49,454 bases of DNA from a virus (Duplodnaviria > Caudoviricetes). Below, piece by piece: positions 34,919 through 43,673 of the stretch. Numbering within the stretch: position 1 is the stretch's first letter; the number at the start of each line of letters is the position of its first letter. Made by a program: the position numbers and the translations under genes. Location of the stretch: IMG/VR virus record IMGVR_UViG_3300048848_000069, positions 1 through 49,454 of that record; one strand, given 5' to 3'. The notes under the pieces were generated by a model. The model saw only the letters and a list, made by a program, of their open reading frames with translations. It did no database searches and was not told the DNA's origin.

Positions 34919-35173
34919 ATGCCTAAATACATGCTCGATTACACCCGGCTTTGCCGGGAATGCAGCCTTGACCTGCGCACACTTGGCAACATGCGCAGCA
35001 TTGTGATTCCAGCCTTGCAGCGTGAAGCAATTGCTCTTCGCGATGCAGTGAGTGGGTTCGCCGGGGCGTTCCCGGAGCTTGAACAAGACGCCGCAATGCT
35101 GGAGTCGGCCGTACGCGCTGGGATCCAGCGCTGCACACCGCGACCGCATCAGCAAGAGATGTTCGCAGCGTAA
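34919..35173 (+). CDS. Hypothetical, first gene of the PL operon
   Basis: MPKYMLDYTRL...; GGAGAG RBS. Confidence 0.65.
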   Translation: MPKYMLDYTRLCRECSLDLRTLGNMRSIVIPALQREAIALRDAVSGFAGAFPELEQDAAMLESAVRAGIQRCTPRPHQQEMFAA

Positions 35174-35428
35174 AGGTCGTCGGCATTCGCAAGAGTGCCC
35201 ATCGGGGAGCGACCTGATGGACCCGCCATAAACCAGCAGCAAACTGGAATATGTGGTTCACCAGATCGTTCCACCGGTGCGGACGATTCTGCACCGCGCA
35301 ACGCGGCCCCCTGCATCAACCTTCCCCGCCGAACCCACTCCACTGACTCCTCTCCGCTGCCCAAGGGGCCGTTCGCGTTCTTGAGGCGTCAGTTGGAATG
35401 TGTTCGGTCAACCAGCAAGGAAATTGAG

Positions 35429-35671
35429 ATGAGCAGATGGATTAAGTGCAGCGATGAACTGCCGCCATTGGATACCCCTGTGTGGCTCCGCATGGCTGGC
35501 AACATCATGATCGTCGGCGAGCGAGGCTCCAGCACCGACGGCTGGATGTGGGCGGCCTGCTACGGCATCTACTTCAACGCCATCGGCGAGTGGGATGCCA
35601 ATGGAAGCGATGCTAGCGACGAGTACGAGCCCACGCACTGGCAAGCCCTACCCCTTCCACCTACTGAGTAA
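35429..35671 (+). CDS. DUF551-family phage protein
   Basis: WIKCSDELPP...PTHWQALPLPP. Confidence 0.85.
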   Translation: MSRWIKCSDELPPLDTPVWLRMAGNIMIVGERGSSTDGWMWAACYGIYFNAIGEWDANGSDASDEYEPTHWQALPLPPTE

Positions 35672-35694
35672 TCACCCTGCTGACGGAGGCGATC

Positions 35695-36108
35695 ATGAAT
35701 GCATTTGCGAAAGCGCAGTTTGAGTATGACAACCGCCTCCCGGTGGGACTCGGCTCCGACGCGGAACGAGTCTGGATCGACGATGCTGCTGAGCAGCTGC
35801 TGCTCGGCGCCGACGTGAAGTTCAAGCGCGCCCTCCACTCTCCCCAGGGTGTCACCTACGAACAGTTCGCCGCCGCGGTGGATGAGTTTGTGATGGGCCA
35901 GCTCTCCGCCGCAGGCATCAGCAACTCGGTTCTGGGCCGGCTGGTGCTGGCTGCCAAGCGCCGCGCATCGTCAGACGCTTGCACTGCGGCCGCTGAGGCC
36001 CTGAACAGCCCCAACCCCGACAAGGCACTGCGCCAGATCGCGGTCACGCTGCTGACGCCGCTGGCGAGGGATGCGCTGATCGCTCAGGCCGAGGATGACG
36101 CGCTGTGA
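35695..36108 (+). CDS. Hypothetical phage protein
   Basis: GGAGG RBS; part of a coupled gene run. Confidence 0.7.
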   Translation: MNAFAKAQFEYDNRLPVGLGSDAERVWIDDAAEQLLLGADVKFKRALHSPQGVTYEQFAAAVDEFVMGQLSAAGISNSVLGRLVLAAKRRASSDACTAAAEALNSPNPDKALRQIAVTLLTPLARDALIAQAEDDAL

Positions 36109-36299
36109 GCCCTCACATCCACCTCGACGAGGAGCTGGAGACAATCGAGTCTCCTACCTGCCCCGCGATGTACGAAGTGATCGTAATGCGCAACATCACG
36201 CGACTGATGAGCGAAGGCCAGATCAGCCCAGAAGAATTCACCCATTACTGCAAACGACTTTACGCCGCGGTTGATCGTCGGCAAGGGAGAGCGGCATGA
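36105..36299 (+). CDS. Hypothetical phage protein
   Basis: GTGA overlap with the upstream gene. Confidence 0.6.
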   Translation: MSPHIHLDEELETIESPTCPAMYEVIVMRNITRLMSEGQISPEEFTHYCKRLYAAVDRRQGRAA

Positions 36300-36481
36300 A
36301 TGCCATGTATCAGATCGGAATCACCGTCCAGCGCCCGGCTCGACCTGTAAAAGCGCCTCGCCTTTGCCCGCCCACCCTAGACATGATGCGCCTTGAGGCT
36401 GCTGTGACCGCCGCGGTCGCCCAACGCGATAAGGTCTGGTCTGAAGCTGTTCGGGCTGCTGGTGGGATGGTGCAGTCATGA
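36296..36481 (+). CDS. Hypothetical phage protein
   Basis: ATGA overlaps. Confidence 0.55.
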   Translation: MNAMYQIGITVQRPARPVKAPRLCPPTLDMMRLEAAVTAAVAQRDKVWSEAVRAAGGMVQS

Positions 36482-36747
36482 GCACGCCACTATATCCAAC
36501 CATCTCCGACGAACAGATTGCGGACATCGAACGCAGCCTGGCAATCCTCGGCTTCGGCGCACCCAGCGTTGAGTTGCCAGAGCACATGGCAGTGCCCGAG
36601 GACAGGGTTCTGATGGTGTTCAAGGGCCTGACCATGCTGGATGCCATGCGCGAGGCTGAGCGGGCGCATATCTCGAACCCTGAAGCGTGGAGCCGCCGGG
36701 CTTGCCTGTGTGGTGAGTGGACCCTCTCCTACGAAGTCCGCGTATGA
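36478..36747 (+). CDS. Hypothetical phage protein
   Basis: ATGA overlaps. Confidence 0.6.
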   Translation: MSTPLYPTISDEQIADIERSLAILGFGAPSVELPEHMAVPEDRVLMVFKGLTMLDAMREAERAHISNPEAWSRRACLCGEWTLSYEVRV

Positions 36748-36860
36748 CCCGGTACAAGCGCGCAAAGCGCATCGCACTTTGGCGCGGGAGCCTGTTCACC
36801 CTGCTGCTCTGTACCGCTTGGATGCTCGCCAGCTCCTACGCCTCGCACATCACGCAATAA
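36744..36860 (+). CDS. Small membrane peptide (38 aa)
   Basis: MTRYKRAKRIALWRGSLFTLLLCTAWMLASSYASHITQ; ATGA overlap. Confidence 0.55.
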   Translation: MTRYKRAKRIALWRGSLFTLLLCTAWMLASSYASHITQ

Positions 36861-36916
36861 CCCCCACCCTATTCAATCGCAGCGCCCCGGCACACGGATG
36901 GCGCGGGAGACTCCGC

Positions 36917-38020
36917 ATGTCTGCAACTCAGCAAGTCATCTCCATCGACGACATAAGCGCCGACAACGCGCCGGTAATTTACGTCGCCGGCGGCCTGAAC
37001 CAGTTCCTGGAAGCTGTGAAGGCCGAGGTCACCGGTGAAGTGCCAGACTTGACCACTCGCAAGGGCCGCGAGCGCATCGCCAGCCTGGCCGCAAAGGTCA
37101 GCAAGTCGAAGGCAGCGGTCGAGAAACCGGGCCGCGATTACCTGCGCCGTCTGAAGGAAATGCCGAAAGTTGTTGAAACCGAGCTGCGCGAATTCGTCGT
37201 CGAAATGGATGCGCTGCGTGACCAGGTGCGGCAGCCTCTTACTGAATGGCAGGCCGCCGAGGATGCGCGGGTTGATCGCCACAACGACCGCTTGGCTTGG
37301 CTGCGGGACTTGCCGCTGAATTTGTCCGGAGCTACCTCAGTGCACGTGCAAGGCCTCATCGATCAGGCTGACGCGGTCGCGATTGACGATGACTGGGAAG
37401 AATTCAAGGCGGAGGCCGCAAGCACCAAGGATCTCGCGATAAAGGCGCTGCGGGCAATCTTTGCCGAGCTCCAGCGCTACGAAGCCGAACAGGCCGAACT
37501 GGCCCGCCATCGCGCCGAAGCTGAGGCGCGTGCCCAGCGGGAGCGCGAGGAGCAGATCGCCAGGGAGGCCGGAGAGCGAGTTCGCCGTGAAGCAGAATCT
37601 GCCGCCCAAGCTGAACGCGAAGCCGTCATCCGCCGAGAAGCAGATGCCAAGGCCGCCGCTGAGCGCCGCGAGCTGGAGCTGAAGCTTCAGGCCGAGCAGG
37701 CAGAACGTGCAGCCGCACAGGCCGAGGCCAACCGGATCGCCTCCGAGCAGCGCGCCGAGCAAGAACGCATCGCCGCCGAGCAGCGCCAGGCCGAAGCCGT
37801 TGAGCGGGCACGTCTGGCCGAGATCGCCCGAGCCAATGTAGCAGCCGACGAAATCATCCGTCAGCAGAACGCGCGGGAGGCTGATCAGGCCCACAAAAAG
37901 ACCGTCAACCGTGCCGCACTTGAAGCGTTTGTCGCCGGCGGCATCACCGAGGAATGCGCCAAGCAGGCGATCACGCTTATTGCCATGCGCAAGATTCCCA
38001 ACATCAGCATCCAGTACTGA
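36917..38020 (+). CDS. Long coiled-coil phage protein (often labelled TolA-like)
   Basis: PDLTTRKGRERIASLAAKVSKSK; Ala/Glu/Arg-rich coiled coil; precedes the recombinase. Confidence 0.8.
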   Translation: MSATQQVISIDDISADNAPVIYVAGGLNQFLEAVKAEVTGEVPDLTTRKGRERIASLAAKVSKSKAAVEKPGRDYLRRLKEMPKVVETELREFVVEMDALRDQVRQPLTEWQAAEDARVDRHNDRLAWLRDLPLNLSGATSVHVQGLIDQADAVAIDDDWEEFKAEAASTKDLAIKALRAIFAELQRYEAEQAELARHRAEAEARAQREREEQIAREAGERVRREAESAAQAEREAVIRREADAKAAAERRELELKLQAEQAERAAAQAEANRIASEQRAEQERIAAEQRQAEAVERARLAEIARANVAADEIIRQQNAREADQAHKKTVNRAALEAFVAGGITEECAKQAITLIAMRKIPNISIQY

Positions 38021-38027
38021 GGTTCCC

Positions 38028-38795
38028 ATGAGTACAGCAATCATCCTCCCGGAAGATCGCCGCAACGCAGTTGCTGCCGCCCGAGCACAGACCGATACCA
38101 GTTTGCTTGCAGTCATCAGCCGCGCCGCCGCCGACCCATCTTGCGATATCGACAAGATGGAGCGATTGATGGCAATGCATGAGCGTATGCAGGCCCGCGA
38201 TGCGGAGGCTGAATTCAACGCATCGATGGCTGCGATGCAAAGCGATATCCCCAGCATCGCTGAGCGCGGCGCGATCACCGTAAACGGTCAGGTTCGCAGC
38301 AATTACGCGACCTTCGAGGACATCAACGACGTCATCAAGCCGATCATGCAGACCCACGGGTTCGCGATCACCTTCAAGGTTGAAAACGTCCCGGGCGGTA
38401 TGAGCGTAACTGGCATTCTCATGCACCGAGCCGGGCATCGGGAAAGCACCAGCATGTTCATCCCGCTCGACACTAGCGGAAGCAAAAACGCTGTCCAGGC
38501 TGTTGGGTCATCCACCAGTTATGGCAAGCGCTACGTGATGTCCGCCCTCCTCAATCTGACAACGCGCGGCGAGGATGACGACGGGCACGCTGCCGTGCCA
38601 GTGGCAACAGTGACCCCCATCCAGGCGCGCCAGCTCCAAGCGCTGCTCGACAAGTGCTCCGAGAAGGCCAAGGAAGCATTCGCCAACCTGTACGGCACCA
38701 CGGCAGACGTTGGTAAGGGTGACTTCGACAAGGTGCTAGGCCAGCTCACCAAATCAGCAGCAAACGCGGAGGCTCAGAATGCAAATAATCAGTGA
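38028..38795 (+). CDS. erf: ERF-family single-strand annealing protein
   Basis: YATFEDI...IKP...HG; QAVGSSTSYGKRY...EDDDG signature. Confidence 0.92.
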   Translation: MSTAIILPEDRRNAVAAARAQTDTSLLAVISRAAADPSCDIDKMERLMAMHERMQARDAEAEFNASMAAMQSDIPSIAERGAITVNGQVRSNYATFEDINDVIKPIMQTHGFAITFKVENVPGGMSVTGILMHRAGHRESTSMFIPLDTSGSKNAVQAVGSSTSYGKRYVMSALLNLTTRGEDDDGHAAVPVATVTPIQARQLQALLDKCSEKAKEAFANLYGTTADVGKGDFDKVLGQLTKSAANAEAQNANNQ

Positions 38796-39396
38796 CGTTG
38801 AGCAAGGCACCCAGGCATGGCTGGATCTGCGCCTCGGCATCATTACCTGCAGTGAACTCGACAGCCTCTTGGTCAATGGCAAAGGCGAGGCTGGTTTCGG
38901 GGCCGGCGCGTTCACCTACATGAACACGCTAATCGGCGAGCGCATCACTGGTGAGGCTGCCGATCCATTCCAAGGCAACCGGCACACTGAGCGAGGGCAC
39001 GAGTATGAAGGTATAGCCCGCGGCCTGTATGAGGCGCGGGAAGAGGTGAATTCGGAACAGGTCGGCATCATCCTGAACCACGGCATCGGTTACTCACCAG
39101 ATTCGCTTGTTGGCTCCAATGGGCTGACCGAGATCAAAACGAAACTGCCGAAGCTTCAGGTCGAGGTGATCCTCGGCGGGGAGATTCCAAAAGAGCATGT
39201 GCCCCAGTGCCAAGGCGGCTTATGGGTATCGGAGCGCGAGTGGATCGACTTCGTCTGCTACTGGCCAGGCATGCCGCTCTTCATCAAGCGCGCCTACCGC
39301 GACGAGGTGATGATTCGAAAGCTGGCAGAACGCGTCGCCACGTTCTACGAAATCCTCGATGAGCGCATGAACCGCGTACTGGGGATAGCAGCATGA
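38779..39396 (+). CDS. YqaJ / lambda-Exo-family exonuclease
   Basis: QGTQAWLDLRLGIITCS, RGHEYE, SPDSLV, EIK, QCQGGLWV. Confidence 0.92.
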   Translation: MQIISDVEQGTQAWLDLRLGIITCSELDSLLVNGKGEAGFGAGAFTYMNTLIGERITGEAADPFQGNRHTERGHEYEGIARGLYEAREEVNSEQVGIILNHGIGYSPDSLVGSNGLTEIKTKLPKLQVEVILGGEIPKEHVPQCQGGLWVSEREWIDFVCYWPGMPLFIKRAYRDEVMIRKLAERVATFYEILDERMNRVLGIAA

Positions 39397-40004
39397 TTAG
39401 TCTCGAACTAAGCCTAGTCCAGAGAAACCGGGCCGAATCGACGCGACTCGCCGTAGCTATGGATGAGTTCATCAGCAGCGGCGGTCAGGTGTCCCACGTT
39501 GCAAGCCCCGCCCCAGCGCCTCGTCCTTACGGTTACCGCACGGCGCCGGCGCCGATCGCATCCCCGGATCGAAAGCCGCTGCCGCCTCGCCGCAGCAAGA
39601 AGGATGCGATGCAGCGCCTGCGCATTGCCCCGGATATCGAGGAGGCGCAGGCCAAGGCGCAAGCACCGAAGGCACCACCGGCTGATCTTGACACGGTCCG
39701 CGAGCTGGCTAAGACGATGTCGCAGGGCGATGTCGCCGAGGTTACCGGTATCCATCGAAAGCAGCTCTACAACATGGCCCACGCCTACGGCTTCGAGTTC
39801 CAACAGTCAGCGAGCGGCGGCACTAAAAACCTGGCGAACAACCAAAAAGATTTGGCGAGGGATGCGAGGAACGTCGAGCGCATCAAGGCGCTTCGAGACA
39901 TCGGCGCAAACCGTGCGCAGGCCGCGCGGCGCATGGGAATCAGCACCTGCTACTTGCGCCGCTTGATCCTGGACTATGCCATCGACTTCCCGGTGACAAA
40001 GTGA
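39393..40004 (+). CDS. Hypothetical protein with HTH-like segments
   Basis: Two HTH-like stretches (SQGDVAEVTGIHRK; NRAQAARRMGIS). Confidence 0.65.
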   Translation: MISLELSLVQRNRAESTRLAVAMDEFISSGGQVSHVASPAPAPRPYGYRTAPAPIASPDRKPLPPRRSKKDAMQRLRIAPDIEEAQAKAQAPKAPPADLDTVRELAKTMSQGDVAEVTGIHRKQLYNMAHAYGFEFQQSASGGTKNLANNQKDLARDARNVERIKALRDIGANRAQAARRMGISTCYLRRLILDYAIDFPVTK

Positions 40005-40070
40005 AGCGAAGCGCACCCCAGCGCCGCAAGCGCGCAGCGCAACACCACCTCCCACCGAGCGGTATCAAAC

Positions 40071-40358
40071 GTGACGTGCTCAGTTATTCACACGATCGGC
40101 CCGAATGGCGGCCACACACTACCGAAGGGCACGCGTCCATCAAAGCCGGTGCGCTGGGAAGTCAGCCTTTGGTTCCTGATGCCCGATGGCGAGAAAGTCA
40201 TCCGCAGCATGGCGGTGCCGGCCGCACTGATGTTCGACCTGGTGCCGCTGGTGAATGAGCAGGTTGACGCGATGATTGCCGAAATGGGCAAGGAGATCCG
40301 CGGCGCTGGCTGGACTGCTCACGGCCGGGGCGCGGCGAAGAAACGGAGGAAACGCTGA
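40071..40358 (+). CDS. Hypothetical phage protein
   Basis: Stop overlaps the next start (TGATG). Confidence 0.5.
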   Translation: MTCSVIHTIGPNGGHTLPKGTRPSKPVRWEVSLWFLMPDGEKVIRSMAVPAALMFDLVPLVNEQVDAMIAEMGKEIRGAGWTAHGRGAAKKRRKR

Positions 40359-40669
40359 TGGCAATGACCCAACAACAGCGCGACGAGAAGGCAGCGCTGA
40401 AGCGCAAGGCAGTCGGCGAGGAAGAATTGAGGCTGCGAGTCCGGCCGGGAACGAAACAGGCCCTTGCTGAGCTGATGGCCTGGGCTGAGATCGAGGAGCA
40501 AGGCGAAGCGCTGACGGTAATGATCCACCGGCTTCATGAATTAGGGCCTGATCGGGCCCTGCCGTTGCTTGTGGTGCCGCGCCACGAAATTAAAGTATCG
40601 CCGGTCGTGGCGCGGAAATTGGAGCTTGCCTATCAGCGGGAGGCTCTGCGGATAGGCAGGGATGAGTAG
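40358..40669 (+). CDS. Hypothetical phage protein (possible DNA-binding)
   Basis: MAMTQQQRDEKAALKRK..GEEELRLRV; GGAGG RBS. Confidence 0.7.
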   Translation: MAMTQQQRDEKAALKRKAVGEEELRLRVRPGTKQALAELMAWAEIEEQGEALTVMIHRLHELGPDRALPLLVVPRHEIKVSPVVARKLELAYQREALRIGRDE

Positions 40670-41167
40670 CTACTCGAACAAGAACGCTGGAAAACGATTC
40701 CTTGGAATAAGCAATGGTTCCAAAGCAGGTGTTCCTCTGCGGCCTGCTGTATTTGTATAGATCCGCAGACGACCGCCTTCAGGTGCGTTGATGAGAACCT
40801 GATAGGAGTCCTCGTCGACTTCGGACGTGTCCTGTCTCGCGGTTATCATGCGGTGTAGCTCGCCCGCCGTCAGCCCACAAATATCTTGCTCTTCTACACA
40901 AACCAGACAGACATACACATTGCGGTGATGTTCTTCAGCATCCTCGATGGCACTGATCTGTTCGGTAGTGAAGGTAAACTGGTATTCGCCTGTAGGTTTG
41001 GGCTCGCTGCCATATTTCAGAAATATGCACGTGCTGTCGTTGATCAGGAAGGCATTGGTTATCTTGCTTCCCCTCACGTACAGCGGGTTTATTGCGGTAA
41101 AGCGCTCGTGCTCGGCGATCTGCATAAGCGCGGCGCCTAGCGTCATGTGCTGCGTCCGAATCTTCAT
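40670..41167 (-). CDS. Antisense moron, hypothetical alpha/beta protein
   Basis: MKIRTQHMTLGAALMQIAEH...; opposite strand; stop abuts the neighbouring stop. Confidence 0.7.
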   Translation of the reverse strand: MKIRTQHMTLGAALMQIAEHERFTAINPLYVRGSKITNAFLINDSTCIFLKYGSEPKPTGEYQFTFTTEQISAIEDAEEHHRNVYVCLVCVEEQDICGLTAGELHRMITARQDTSEVDEDSYQVLINAPEGGRLRIYTNTAGRRGTPALEPLLIPRNRFPAFLFE

Positions 41168-41273
41168 AAACTGTCCCTGTGGCATCCCGGCCTCATGCCG
41201 GTCATCACGTATAGCCCACCACCAACCTATTCGCCACCGAACTTTCGGAGGCTTGACTCTGTGCGCAGATTTC

Positions 41274-41870
41274 ATGAGCAAGGACACCAAGATTTTGATC
41301 CCGGAGATTCCCGGCGAATGGACAGAGCGCACCCGCAGCGGCTTGAAGTGCATCTGGAACGACGGTTGGCACGGCAGGCCGCATCGAAATGGCCTGCCCT
41401 ATGTTGAACTGACTGCACCGGAGAAAGGCCTGTATGCCGAGCGCATCGACGGAGCCTGGTATTGGGTATCTGGCTGTGCCAAATGTACTGGCAGCGGCGA
41501 GCGGTACAGCTACAGCGTGTGCGATGAGCATGACGTGTGCATCCGTTGCAGAACCCACCGCTCAGCCCTAACAGAGACGCCGTGGGGGCATCCCGACGGC
41601 TTTATCTGCAAGCCATGCCAGGACCGCCAAGACGCCGCAGCCAAGGCTGAAGCACTCGCTAAGGTCGCGGAAAACGATTACGACGAGTGGGACTATCGCG
41701 CGCAGGACGAATGTAAGTGCCCGCATTGCGCTACGGTGATCCACATTGAATCCGAGGACTACGGCGACAAGAACATGGACTGCGACACCTGCGGCGGCGA
41801 GTTTGAGCTAACCACTGAATACAGCGTGACCTTCACAACGCGGGTGATTGGCGACCGGATCGTTGCCTGA
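41274..41870 (+). CDS. Multi-zinc-finger hypothetical protein
   Basis: CAKC, CDEH, CIRC, CKPC, CPHC and CDTC motifs. Confidence 0.7.
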   Translation: MSKDTKILIPEIPGEWTERTRSGLKCIWNDGWHGRPHRNGLPYVELTAPEKGLYAERIDGAWYWVSGCAKCTGSGERYSYSVCDEHDVCIRCRTHRSALTETPWGHPDGFICKPCQDRQDAAAKAEALAKVAENDYDEWDYRAQDECKCPHCATVIHIESEDYGDKNMDCDTCGGEFELTTEYSVTFTTRVIGDRIVA

Positions 41871-42074
41871 TCAGTGGATCGCCGGCAGCGCATCAGCCGC
41901 CACTTCAATCGCGGTTGAGGCCTCGGCCACGTCTTCCGGGTTGTAGAGCTGCTCGCCGTACATCGACTGAATCGCCAACTCGGTTAGCTCGTCGATATCA
42001 ACGCAGCATTCCTGCGCCGCAACCAGCACCGCCTTCAGCGCCATCCGCAAAACCCTTTCCCTGTCTTCGCTCAT
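41871..42074 (-). CDS. Acidic hypothetical protein (67 aa)
   Basis: MSEDRERVLRMALKAVL...; GGAAGGGA RBS. Confidence 0.65.
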   Translation of the reverse strand: MSEDRERVLRMALKAVLVAAQECCVDIDELTELAIQSMYGEQLYNPEDVAEASTAIEVAADALPAIH

Positions 42075-42121
42075 GACCGTATCCCTTCCTGTGGAGCGGT
42101 AAGCGTAGGCCATATCGGGAT

Positions 42122-42370
42122 TCAATCCAGCGGTTGGACTGTCCACCGGTAGTAGGAATAAAGATGCACCCGACAATCGTCGGACTTTTTCTCTTTTTCT
42201 TTCACCTGAAGCCGGAATTTCGCGCCGACCCGGCTTGATTCCCTAAAGCTTTTTGCGCACTCGACAACAAGGCTTGGGGGGTATTTTTGGCCTGGCAAAG
42301 GTCTTGCCCGATTCTCCCCCCGCCTCTGGTCGAAGAAGATTTCGACGTCCAGCAACTGATATTCGCTCAC
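42122..42370 (-). CDS. Hypothetical protein (82 aa)
   Basis: RARPLPGQKYPPSLVVECAKSFRE; antisense to the PL operon. Confidence 0.55.
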   Translation of the reverse strand: MSEYQLLDVEIFFDQRRGENRARPLPGQKYPPSLVVECAKSFRESSRVGAKFRLQVKEKEKKSDDCRVHLYSYYRWTVQPLD

Positions 42371-42445
42371 TTAACTCGCTCCGTCATCGACATACGCCAA
42401 ATCAATAACCCACTTTCACGAATCACGCCACCGCCGAGGATCCGC

Positions 42446-42691
42446 ATGAACATTTACAGGCACACCTTCGCTGCGGTCTGCCCAGCCGATGGCGAAATGA
42501 TCGTCTACCGACTGGAGATACGGTCCCTTTCAATGGTTCATGTTGAGCACATAAAGGCGGCAACAGCGCTGATCAAAAGAGGCTGGCACGAGCAGATCGC
42601 TGATCGGCTTGCAGAGAGCCTCGGCGGCGAACAGACCATCGTAGCAACGCATCAGGGCGTCGAGATTGAAACTGTGAGGCTGAGCGGATGA
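42446..42691 (+). CDS. Small QueF-like T-fold protein (81 aa)
   Basis: FAAVCP...HVE...WHEQIAD...GVEI aligns by eye with QueF FxxxCP / VE / HE / GGISI; the NADPH-binding QueF motif is absent. Confidence 0.55.
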   Translation: MNIYRHTFAAVCPADGEMIVYRLEIRSLSMVHVEHIKAATALIKRGWHEQIADRLAESLGGEQTIVATHQGVEIETVRLSG

Positions 42692-43413
42692 TACATTTCC
42701 ACGGCACGCCGGTTGGCGGCAAGCGGGAGGATGCTGCGAAGTTCTTGGCTGGTCGCCACGCTCTGGTGCCCTTCCCCCGTAAAGACGATCTCGGGATTGT
42801 CGCCGATGTGTGCAAGTCGTTTGTGTTCGACAACGGCGCGTTCACCGTGTGGAAGAAAGGCGGCCAGGTAGACGTCGACGGTTACACGCGGTGGGTCGAA
42901 GAATGGCACCGGCACCCTGGATTCACCTGGGCGCTCATCCCGGACGTCATCGACGGCGACGAAGAGGCCAACGATGACTTGGTACGGCAGTGGCCAGAGG
43001 AGTTGCGGGGCGTGCCCGTATGGCACCTGCACGAGTCGCTTGATCGGTTGCAAAGGCTGGCGAGGTGCTGGCGGACGGTTGCCATCGGAAGTTCCGGTCA
43101 GTGGGCCACACCTGGCACCGGATCATGGTGGAAGCGGATGGGCGCCGCAATGGACGCCATTTGTGACGACCAGGGCCGCCCGGTATGCCGCCTGCACGGC
43201 CTACGTATGCTTGATCCCGCTATCTTCCAGCTCCTGCCTTTCGCCTCCGCCGACTCGACAAACGCGGCGGTCAACGGCGGGAGCATCAGCCGCTTTGGGA
43301 TGTACACCCCGCCCACTGCCGGACAGCGGGCCAACGTCATCGCCGATCGGATCGAGGCTCACAACAGCGCTCCGGTCTGGCTGCGAGAAACTCAGGCCGA
43401 AATGGCTCTTTAA
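42688..43413 (+). CDS. DpdA/TGT-like transglycosylase
   Basis: FDNGAF, PDVI, VPVWH, AIG, LHGL and SADSTN in the order seen in tRNA/DNA-guanine transglycosylase TIM barrels. Confidence 0.7.
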   Translation: MIHFHGTPVGGKREDAAKFLAGRHALVPFPRKDDLGIVADVCKSFVFDNGAFTVWKKGGQVDVDGYTRWVEEWHRHPGFTWALIPDVIDGDEEANDDLVRQWPEELRGVPVWHLHESLDRLQRLARCWRTVAIGSSGQWATPGTGSWWKRMGAAMDAICDDQGRPVCRLHGLRMLDPAIFQLLPFASADSTNAAVNGGSISRFGMYTPPTAGQRANVIADRIEAHNSAPVWLRETQAEMAL

Positions 43414-43601
43414 GGAAGCACTGCGTTAGCGTCACTGATCCTCCATGTTTCCTCTGGATTGCCCTCGGCTTCAACAACCAGCGTCCGGCCCTCATCCTCT
43501 CCCTCAATGGCAACGACGATCCCAACTCGCCGCTCTGCGGCGTACTGGTCTACCACTGGATCACCTACTTCGAAGATCAACTTCTCCCCAACGATCATCA
43601 C
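43410..43601 (-). CDS. Small acidic SH3/KOW-like hypothetical protein
   Basis: FEVGDPVV...GIVVAIEG; GAGGAG RBS; antisense. Confidence 0.5.
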   Translation of the reverse strand: MMIVGEKLIFEVGDPVVDQYAAERRVGIVVAIEGEDEGRTLVVEAEGNPEETWRISDANAVLP

Positions 43602-43673
43602 TTGCTCTCCTCTCGAATTTAGCGATCACAAATATCCCACTTTAACGAATCACGCCATTGGCGAGGATCCCTT

